This document shows positions 56,649 to 64,000 of a stretch of 64,000 bases of DNA, piece by piece (within the stretch, counting starts at the first letter, position 1; each line of letters begins with the position of its first letter). Position numbers and translations under genes: made by a program. The stretch is from assembly GCA_964354975.1 (NCBI GenBank), contig CAYHBS010000003.1, forward strand, positions 4,086 to 68,085, read 5' to 3'. This DNA is from an uncultured Candidatus Saccharibacteria bacterium (GTDB lineage Bacteria; Patescibacteriota; Minisyncoccia; Ryanbacterales; HO2-45-13). Under the pieces are notes generated by a model, which saw only the letters and a program-made list of their open reading frames with translations, searched no databases and was not told the origin of the DNA.

Positions 56649-57790
56649 GCGTGCTCAATAAAATTTCTAACGTGTAGTGCGCGATCACTCCAGGTAAATG
56701 TCGTGGCACGTCGGTATGCAGACATAATGAGTTGATTACGTTCATCGGTAGACAAAGATTGTGCATGAAGAAGTTTTTTTACAAGATCCGCAGTGTCGTC
56801 GGGGGCATAGAGAAGCACGTCCGATTCTCCTACAATTTCTTTTACCGCAGGAGTGCCACTCGCGACGATAATGCGTTTCGCTGCCATATATTCGAATAAT
56901 TTCATGGGCGATGTGTAGTGATAAGAATATGTATTTTTTTTCGTTCCCAAAAGCAACAACGTGTCAGCGGCGGCAAGCCACATTGGCACGTCGGCATATG
57001 CCACCTGTCCCATGCAATGGATATTCTTTGGCAACGTTTCTTCTGTGATGCGTTGTAGTTCATCGAAGGTACCCCCAATGATATAGATATCGGCTCTACT
57101 CCCAAGTGAGCGCGCTGCCGACAGTAAAATATCAAGCCCCTTCCAAAGATAAAACTTCCCGCTGTAGAGCACGAGATAAGCATCCACAGGAATGCCGAGT
57201 GACTCCCGCGCAACTTCAGCGGAAATATCGTTCCGAATCCAAGATAAATCAATGCCGTTTGGGTGCACAATAATACGATCTGAGGATAACCCAAACTCCT
57301 CCATTAACACCTGCTTAATGGGCTGATTGATGGTAACGACACCGCGTACAAATCGAAACAACCATCGATACATCAAGGACCGTTTCTTTGCATCGTGAAT
57401 TTCAACAAAAAATGTGGTCCGCAACAATGGTACGCCCGCAAAGGAAAATTGATCCATGTCTATCGTATACACCACGAAACGCTCACCGCGAAGTTTTTTT
57501 CGCAATAAATACCATACGTATGCAACCATAAACGAGGATGATCCTACTAAAAATCCAATGCGCCCACGTGTATACAAATCCCACACACGAAGAGACACAA
57601 CCGACACATCTATGGATAGCCCATAGTAGGCGCGCCAAGATTCTTGGATAGCATTTTTCCTCCGTGGAATGATCACGGTGACGTCCATGCCAGATGCTCG
57701 CATTGCTTCATACATTTTTGCAACTTGAATACCATGCGCACGCTCGGTGGGCATACGTGCATTGAGAATGTAATACACTTTTACGCTCAT
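56645..57790 (-). CDS. GT4 glycosyltransferase
   Basis: RMPTERAHGIQ, PNGID, WKG, TSPMKLFEYMAA. Confidence 0.9.
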   Translation of the reverse strand: MSVKVYYILNARMPTERAHGIQVAKMYEAMRASGMDVTVIIPRRKNAIQESWRAYYGLSIDVSVVSLRVWDLYTRGRIGFLVGSSSFMVAYVWYLLRKKLRGERFVVYTIDMDQFSFAGVPLLRTTFFVEIHDAKKRSLMYRWLFRFVRGVVTINQPIKQVLMEEFGLSSDRIIVHPNGIDLSWIRNDISAEVARESLGIPVDAYLVLYSGKFYLWKGLDILLSAARSLGSRADIYIIGGTFDELQRITEETLPKNIHCMGQVAYADVPMWLAAADTLLLLGTKKNTYSYHYTSPMKLFEYMAAKRIIVASGTPAVKEIVGESDVLLYAPDDTADLVKKLLHAQSLSTDERNQLIMSAYRRATTFTWSDRALHVRNFIEHA

Positions 57791-58863
57791 GCGTTTTCTA
57801 GTTGCTCCAACTGTAATCGTATCTTGCGCACAAACTGATCAATACTGTGATCTCTCACTGCAATTGCGCGCAGCGCTTCACCTACCTTGTTACGCTCGTT
57901 GCTGTCCATATCCATAACACGTATCATTGCGGCCGTACACTCTGTGAGATTCCCAGGGCTAAACATATATGAGCCGAAGGAACCACCAACTATTTCCGAG
58001 AAGCTTTGATTGGAGGTAATCACTGGAAGACCCGATGCCATCGCCTCTACCATGGTTTTATCAAGACTTCCCGTAGCGCCAGCATTGATAAAACACTGTG
58101 CTGCGTTGAGATATGGAGGTAATAATCTATTTGGCACAGAGCCATACATACGCACTGCATCAGTGAGCTTCAGCGCGTCAATCTGCTGACGAACGCGATG
58201 AAGGTATTTAACATCCGAGGAAGTGGCTGCACTACCAATAATATCGAGCGCACAATGTCTCCCCTTTTTATTAAGCAGATGTGTTGCTTCAATCAGTAAT
58301 GAAACATTTTTTATTGGAGAGATTCTTCCAACATATATGAAGCGAAATATTCCTTGCGTGGCGTGCGTCGTGGCAGTATATGAGGGAGTAAACAGCGACG
58401 TGTCAATTCCCTGTCCTATAACTCGAATGCGCGGGTGCGCGATACGAAATCCGCTGGGCGTTGAGGTGAGTACAAGATCTGCAAACCAAGCAGCTACTCG
58501 TAATTTTGTATTCACTGTTCCATGCGCATACCAAAGTACAATGTATTTCTTATATAATTTCCATAACCACCCAGCGACTACAATATATTCTGGATTCATA
58601 TGTACAAGCACAGCGTCATACACATGTCGTTGCGTGTGCACGTAGTACAGTAAACGAAATATATAGACGATGCGTGATCCTCCACGTTCTTTTCCCAGCG
58701 AATGAACGTGAATATTTTGTTCTTTCCAGCCACTTTGACCTTGCGCTAAACAGATAACGCGCACCTCACTGAACTCGTGACTAAGCCCACGAATCCACTC
58801 ATGCGCGAAACCAAGCACATCGTCGTTCTGATCAACTTTTTGTGTAATCACTAATAGTTTCAT
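57787..58863 (-). CDS. GT4 glycosyltransferase
   Basis: GQGID, VGRISPIKN, GSLDKTMVEAMASGLPV. Confidence 0.88.
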   Translation of the reverse strand: MKLLVITQKVDQNDDVLGFAHEWIRGLSHEFSEVRVICLAQGQSGWKEQNIHVHSLGKERGGSRIVYIFRLLYYVHTQRHVYDAVLVHMNPEYIVVAGWLWKLYKKYIVLWYAHGTVNTKLRVAAWFADLVLTSTPSGFRIAHPRIRVIGQGIDTSLFTPSYTATTHATQGIFRFIYVGRISPIKNVSLLIEATHLLNKKGRHCALDIIGSAATSSDVKYLHRVRQQIDALKLTDAVRMYGSVPNRLLPPYLNAAQCFINAGATGSLDKTMVEAMASGLPVITSNQSFSEIVGGSFGSYMFSPGNLTECTAAMIRVMDMDSNERNKVGEALRAIAVRDHSIDQFVRKIRLQLEQLENA

Positions 58864-59840
58864 GCCGCGTATTTTAAAATTGCTTTCGCAACTGCGTGTG
58901 GATACAGATCAACCACATCGGCGCCTACTTCATACGCAACTCCAACGTCTGTTGAAATTACCGGTATGCCCGCGGTTCGCGCCTCCACAAGCGTTCTTCC
59001 ATATCCCTCATAGAGTGACGTATTGAGAAATACATCTGCGGTCTTGTAGTATGACGCAAGATCATCCGTCCATGGTTCAAATATCACTGCCTTAGAAATA
59101 CCAAGCGACCGTACCACGTTAAGTAATCGTTTTTTTTCATCACCATCCCCCACAACGACCAATCCAGCTTCCAGCACACTCTTGCGCGCAAGCGCAAAAG
59201 CGCGCAGAGCAAGTTCAATATTTTTTTCGCGCGTGAGGCGCGAAGCCATAAGTACAATATGGGAAAACATGGGGTATTTTTTGTGCAAATCCGTGAGGAT
59301 AGGAGCGTTCTTGATGGCCTCAGTGTCAACAAACACGGGACGCACTTCAATGCGGCCTTGGGAAATATTCCAACACTCCACAAGAAATGTGCGAATACGA
59401 TCCGAAACAACGCGAATGTGCTCCGCTCGCGGAAGAAGATATTTTGCAATAATAAAACGAACGCGATTGAGTAATGATTCTGCGCGAAAATATCGACTCC
59501 CAATGTCTGTGTGGATCTGTAGTTCAAGGTTAGCGCCAACGCGTTTCGCCAATCGGTACCCTGCAAGACCACATTCAAAGGGATCTTGTGCAGTCACGGA
59601 GTCAGGAATCGGCAACTTTTTCCCAATGCGTATGGCATCAAACACATAGAACCACCGTGAGATGGAGTTTGTTGGATATACCGAAATATTTTCATTAATT
59701 TTCTTTACTGAAAATCCTTTTTTTGTAAATACAATAATGTTGAGCGAATCAAACCGAGACGCATACTCAATTTGGCGCCGCGCTACGTCGCTCCCTTGTA
59801 TAAATATGTTTCTATCCGTGCTGATACTGGTGACGTTCAT
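58860..59840 (-). CDS. GT4 glycosyltransferase
   Basis: SRLTREKN, DVFLNTSLYEGYGRTLVEA. Confidence 0.88.
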   Translation of the reverse strand: MNVTSISTDRNIFIQGSDVARRQIEYASRFDSLNIIVFTKKGFSVKKINENISVYPTNSISRWFYVFDAIRIGKKLPIPDSVTAQDPFECGLAGYRLAKRVGANLELQIHTDIGSRYFRAESLLNRVRFIIAKYLLPRAEHIRVVSDRIRTFLVECWNISQGRIEVRPVFVDTEAIKNAPILTDLHKKYPMFSHIVLMASRLTREKNIELALRAFALARKSVLEAGLVVVGDGDEKKRLLNVVRSLGISKAVIFEPWTDDLASYYKTADVFLNTSLYEGYGRTLVEARTAGIPVISTDVGVAYEVGADVVDLYPHAVAKAILKYAA

Positions 59841-59842
59841 AG

Positions 59843-60838
59843 CTACGTTAGTGCGAGAAATTCTTGTGCAATCTTTTTCCAACTATGCACCTTGTAGAAA
59901 TTATGTATTTTTATTTGTGCTTCTCGGTAATGGGCTCCGTCCGAAAGCCATATAATTTTTTCCGCAATATCTTTTTCTGATGTAGGATCTACAAACACAC
60001 CAACGTCTTTTAAGATTTCATACAGTCCTGTTTCGCGCGTAAGAATAAATGGCTTTCCAAGACGCACGGCGTCTAAAATTATGTTGGGACTAATATCACC
60101 AAGCGACACTAAAACAACCGCGTAGCACGTCCGCATTTTTTCTATAAACTGTTCATACGAGGCATGGGTGATGTCGAGCGTTATCTCTGGGCACGTCTGT
60201 TTTGCAAGCGCAAAGCTTTTCTTTAGCTGCGCTACATTCTTCCATTTAAGATCCCGCACTCCGCCGATATATGTTTTACTGGTAAAGTCTCCTGCGTGTT
60301 CTTTTTCTCCATAAAAATTTTCTATGATAGCGGTTTTTACTTGAGCGAGAGCGTACGGGCCCAACCAAATACTTCGCTGCCACTCCGTGCTAAATACCAC
60401 AATATTGACAGCATGGAGTAGCCACCGTGTTAGTCGAAACACTACCCGCTCTTTGAGATTCCAACGCGAAGTATTTCCTGCATAAAAATTTAGAAGTAGC
60501 GCCATATCCCCCGTGCGCTCCACATAACTTTCCCACAAAAAATCCCCTCCGGTGCGAATAATCATTTTTTTTCTCAGCAGCTTCCCTGCAAGAACCGTCG
60601 GTAGTGCTACGCTGAATGTGTCGAGAATGATACACACGTCTGACCGGAACAATGCAACGCTTGCGCGAAGTAAGTACATAATATGCCGCACACCGGTAGG
60701 TAAATACAGCACACTGCTAAAACTTAAGACGCGTACCTCATGTCCTAATTGAGAAAATTCCTTCTCCAGATTCACTGCGTATTGTGCGGGGCCTCCAATA
60801 TCCGGAGGAAATAGCGGTGTTGCAATAAATATCCTCAT
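59843..60838 (-). CDS. GT4 glycosyltransferase
   Basis: FPPDIGGPAQY, KWKN, SLGDISPNIILDA. Confidence 0.82.
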   Translation of the reverse strand: MRIFIATPLFPPDIGGPAQYAVNLEKEFSQLGHEVRVLSFSSVLYLPTGVRHIMYLLRASVALFRSDVCIILDTFSVALPTVLAGKLLRKKMIIRTGGDFLWESYVERTGDMALLLNFYAGNTSRWNLKERVVFRLTRWLLHAVNIVVFSTEWQRSIWLGPYALAQVKTAIIENFYGEKEHAGDFTSKTYIGGVRDLKWKNVAQLKKSFALAKQTCPEITLDITHASYEQFIEKMRTCYAVVLVSLGDISPNIILDAVRLGKPFILTRETGLYEILKDVGVFVDPTSEKDIAEKIIWLSDGAHYREAQIKIHNFYKVHSWKKIAQEFLALT

Positions 60839-61959
60839 ATGTGAGATGCCTGCAATACTGCACTAATTTTCTGTGCTATGGAATCCCACGCGTACCGATC
60901 TCGGACCAACAACATCGAATTCGCAATAAATTGTTTTCCCTGCTCTTTTTGTCTGATCGTAGATACTGCGCGTATCACAGCCGCGGTATCGTCAGGCATA
61001 ACCGAAATGCCGGTATCTCCATCTTTTAGAAAGTCCGGAATACCGCCAACGCGCGTAGCGATTATAGGAAGTCCAGCAGCCATGGCTTCAAGAAATGCAG
61101 TGCCCAGACCCTCGGATTTTGATAAACGGATAAACGCATCAGAAGCATGAAGATAGGGCGGCACTTCTTCAAGCGGAACGGATCCCACAAAAATAACGCG
61201 GTCGGATACACCAAGTGATTTTGAAAGTGTAATAAGCGACGCGCGGAGTGGTCCCTCCCCCACCATCATAAATCCGACATCAGGCATTCCTGGGAGCGCG
61301 CGAATCACATCGGCAAGTCCGTTTTTTTCAACGAGGCGTGAAACGGATACTAGTACGAATGAAAAGCGTGACAGCGCGTATTGGCGTTGAATTTCTGCAA
61401 TGCGCGCAACATTGCGACGTGAAAATAATGCAACATCTACGCCATTTGGAATAATGTGGATTTCTTTTTGGTATCCAAAATGACGCGCAAGATCCGCAAG
61501 ATAATTACTAATTGCGTGTACCTCATTTGCAACCGACAGAAGTCTCTTCCACCACAATGGCACGAGACCAAATTTTCTCCCCTCAATCACGTCCCCTTCC
61601 TGCAACGTAAGAATGAGTCGAAGGTCGGGGTTCTTGCGTTTCAAATAGTACCCTGCAATAGATGCGTAGGAAACCATGACACACCACAGGGAAGTCTCGG
61701 GACGCAGGAGGCGCTTCCCTGCTCGGTACGCAAGCACCGGGAGTAGATATTTATCAACGGCACTTCCAATGCCAAGTCTGTGAATCACAATATTGCCCTG
61801 CACTTCGTACGCGGGAAGGTTCCTATAAAACCGCGCGGTCAGCACCGTAAACTGTACGTCGGGAATACGACGCATCACTTCGCGCGCGGCAAGTTCAGCC
61901 CCTCCAATAAAGGGGTCATATGCGGTCGTCAGTACAATTACATCTCGTTGAGGAGTCAT
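60835..61959 (-). CDS. GT4 glycosyltransferase
   Basis: GGAE, IPNGVD, SRLVEKNG, SEGLGTAFLEAMAAG, VGGIPD. Confidence 0.9.
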   Translation of the reverse strand: MTPQRDVIVLTTAYDPFIGGAELAAREVMRRIPDVQFTVLTARFYRNLPAYEVQGNIVIHRLGIGSAVDKYLLPVLAYRAGKRLLRPETSLWCVMVSYASIAGYYLKRKNPDLRLILTLQEGDVIEGRKFGLVPLWWKRLLSVANEVHAISNYLADLARHFGYQKEIHIIPNGVDVALFSRRNVARIAEIQRQYALSRFSFVLVSVSRLVEKNGLADVIRALPGMPDVGFMMVGEGPLRASLITLSKSLGVSDRVIFVGSVPLEEVPPYLHASDAFIRLSKSEGLGTAFLEAMAAGLPIIATRVGGIPDFLKDGDTGISVMPDDTAAVIRAVSTIRQKEQGKQFIANSMLLVRDRYAWDSIAQKISAVLQASHI

Positions 61960-61985
61960 TAGAAATACTATATTATAGTGGCACA

Positions 61986-63179
61986 ATGTCGGAAAAAATC
62001 CGAATACTCTACGTCAGCACTAAATCCGTCTGGGGCGGCGCACAAAAATATGTCTACGACCTCGCAACCGGCCTTGATCGATCCAAATTTGATGTGGCGG
62101 TTGCCGCGGGCGGAGACGGAGCGCTGAAAACACGCCTCGATGCGGCAGGGGTTCGCTTTATTTCAATCCCCCACATTGCCAGGGACGTGAATATCACCGA
62201 TGAATGGAACGCTTTTTGGGCGCTCCGACGCGTGATCCGTACCGAACGGCCGGATATTATTCATTTTAATGGTTCCAAGGCTGGAACTATGGGTGCTTTT
62301 GCCGCTAAATTGGGCGCAAGACATGCAAAACTCGTATACAGCACACATGGCATTCCGGTGCTAGAAGAACGCCCAAAATGGCAAAAAAGGCTCATTTTAT
62401 ATAGTCTCCGCTCCGCTGGGCTCCTTCTTGACTCGGTGGTTGCCATATCACGCAAAGACTACCAGACCACACTGAACGCGGGTATTGCAACACCGAAACA
62501 ACTCATCTTTATCCCTATTAGTATTCAGCCCCGTGACTACACATTCCTTCCAAAAAAGACTGCGCGAGAAGAGCTCGCTCGCCGCGCGGGACTTGCCCAC
62601 AGTGCGTTTGTCGGAAAATTCTTGTTTGGATGTATCGGCGAGTTTGTTGCCAATAAAAATCAGATTGATCTCATCCGCGCGGTGGCGGGGATTGTTGAAA
62701 AAAATCCCGCAGAGCGCCAACGTGTGCGACTGGTACTGATTGGTTGGGGCGATACCGAAGATGTACTCCTTAATGAAATCCGTCTGCTCCAGCTCACTGA
62801 CATCGCGCATGTACTCGCAAGCACCAATACCGACGCGCGATACATGAAAGCATTTGATACGTTCGTGCTTTCGTCAATGAAAGAAGGACTGCCGTATGTG
62901 CTCCTGGAGGCGGCACTCGCGAAAGTACCCATGATCGCCACCGCAGTGGGAGGGTCCCCGGAAGTGGTGATTCATCGAGATACTGGATCTCTCGTTCCCG
63001 CGCATAACGTGCCACGCCTAGTTGAAACCATGCAAACGTTTCTGCGCGACGAAAAATTACGGGACGCCTACGGGGAGCGCGCGTTTCAACATGTCCATCG
63101 CGCGTTTTCATTCCATATCATGCGCCAAACCACAGAGCGCCTATACACTACGCTTGCGCGCCCACCCGCAACTTCCTAG
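61986..63179 (+). CDS. GT4 glycosyltransferase
   Basis: [34 protein letters not shown]. Confidence 0.9.
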   Translation: MSEKIRILYVSTKSVWGGAQKYVYDLATGLDRSKFDVAVAAGGDGALKTRLDAAGVRFISIPHIARDVNITDEWNAFWALRRVIRTERPDIIHFNGSKAGTMGAFAAKLGARHAKLVYSTHGIPVLEERPKWQKRLILYSLRSAGLLLDSVVAISRKDYQTTLNAGIATPKQLIFIPISIQPRDYTFLPKKTAREELARRAGLAHSAFVGKFLFGCIGEFVANKNQIDLIRAVAGIVEKNPAERQRVRLVLIGWGDTEDVLLNEIRLLQLTDIAHVLASTNTDARYMKAFDTFVLSSMKEGLPYVLLEAALAKVPMIATAVGGSPEVVIHRDTGSLVPAHNVPRLVETMQTFLRDEKLRDAYGERAFQHVHRAFSFHIMRQTTERLYTTLARPPATS

Positions 63180-64000
63180 TACGAACACGGTACAATAGTG
63201 TCCCCAGTAACAATCCCCCGAGCACGCTTGCAACGAGCCACACATATTCTTTCTTGATTCCAAACAGCGCATTCGCTGTTTGTACCTCACTGCGTGCCTC
63301 CGAATTTATACTACTGGGAACTGATGTCGTGCCCAGGCGCTCAATCGTTGTCTCTACCGTTCGCGCCGCGGCGGACGCCACGTTCGTCACTTTCGTTACT
63401 ACACTTGCTGACTTTGTCGCGGCGGATGCCGACGCAGTCATTGATGTGCCGACCGGAGAGTGCGTACCTGGGGTTGGCACACCAAATACTATTGCGTCTC
63501 CTGAACGTGCGGCACTCGAACCGGTGGGAATCAGTGCGATTGAAGAAAATTGATCCGCAGAAGCACCATTTGCAAGCTGAAGTTGCACCGTTGGCGACGC
63601 CGCGGGAATGACAAGTTTTGTGGAAGACGCGGGAAATACAACCGCAGATGACGGCGCAATGATGGTGCCTGCGGGAAACATAAATGACATGTTCCCCACA
63701 GAAAGTATCCAGCGAGAAATATTGAGTGTGGTATTTGAAAAATTTGAAACTTCAACCCATCCCTGTACTCCCGGTAGTACCTCGGTAATGCGCGCATTCG
63801 CTGCACTCACCGTGATACGAAGATAATCAGAGAGTGCCTGCTTGTCGTACGGAACCGTAAGCGAAATAGTGTATGTTCCGGGATACTGATAGATATGTTC
63901 CACTCTACTCCCATTGCCCGTTGTACCATCACCAAAGTTCCATACATATTGCGAGGAGTTTAGTGTCACTCCCTCACCCTTGGGCGAAAGTAATGATCCA
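63148..64000 (-). CDS. Surface protein, C-terminal part: PKD domain + lamin-tail domain + Ser/Thr/Ala linker + C-terminal TM anchor (frame open to window edge)
   Basis: YVWNFGDG...[15 protein letters not shown]; ITEV...WVEV.N...LNISRW...PTPG; hydrophobic tail then RTRK. Confidence 0.85.
   Translation of the reverse strand, partial: GSLLSPKGEGVTLNSSQYVWNFGDGTTGNGSRVEHIYQYPGTYTISLTVPYDKQALSDYLRITVSAANARITEVLPGVQGWVEVSNFSNTTLNISRWILSVGNMSFMFPAGTIIAPSSAVVFPASSTKLVIPAASPTVQLQLANGASADQFSSIALIPTGSSAARSGDAIVFGVPTPGTHSPVGTSMTASASAATKSASVVTKVTNVASAAARTVETTIERLGTTSVPSSINSEARSEVQTANALFGIKKEYVWLVASVLGGLLLGTLLYRVRTRKLRVGAQA

Noticed and set aside
1-64000. Alternative genetic code (TGA=Gly as in Gracilibacteria/Absconditabacteria)
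   Set aside because: Conserved genes are full length under code 11, and many end at TGA overlapping the next ATG.

Overview
Bacterial chromosomal window, genetic code 11 (TGA is used as stop). Gene style points to a Patescibacteria/CPR (Parcubacteria-like) genome, which is an inference: Ser/Thr-rich secreted proteins, mostly SD-less near-leaderless starts, and the form of the SecA tail. 1-16.4 kb holds housekeeping genes (rsmI, mutY-like, secA, purD-like, hpf/raiA, murB), surface proteins and a small accessory region. 16.4-63.2 kb is a ~47 kb surface-glycan locus: Wzy_C/O-OTase-like protein, priming sugar transferase, 3 NeuB, 3 NeuA, 2 NeuC, SqdB, flippase, ~10 GT4s, 4 paralogous TagF-like GT-B proteins, several methyltransferases and a branched amino-deoxysugar module. 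The main discovery is directly downstream of secA (8174-10586): a tandem array of integrase-less single-gene units. The junctions share a ~30-bp site (minus strand TTTCCATTAGTATCGCATATC-AAGAAGTGT), and each site runs in frame into an alternative SecA SEC-C C-terminal tail (KKCHGKG*, NKCGPLETEEYNRFMRK*, KKCSLIGAPEHKG*). A fourth tail remnant (GSGKKYKRCHLAKNF*) lies next to secA. This suggests a secA-3'-end-targeted gene-cassette accretion system. Other notable items: a candidate sRNA/uORF/hairpin switch upstream of murB; two unrelated genes that both end in QPPVP* inside the same bulged hairpin; and small promoter-terminator units, one with an 11-aa sORF. No rRNA, tRNA, CRISPR array, integrase or transposase was recognised. 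All calls are by eye, without database searches.
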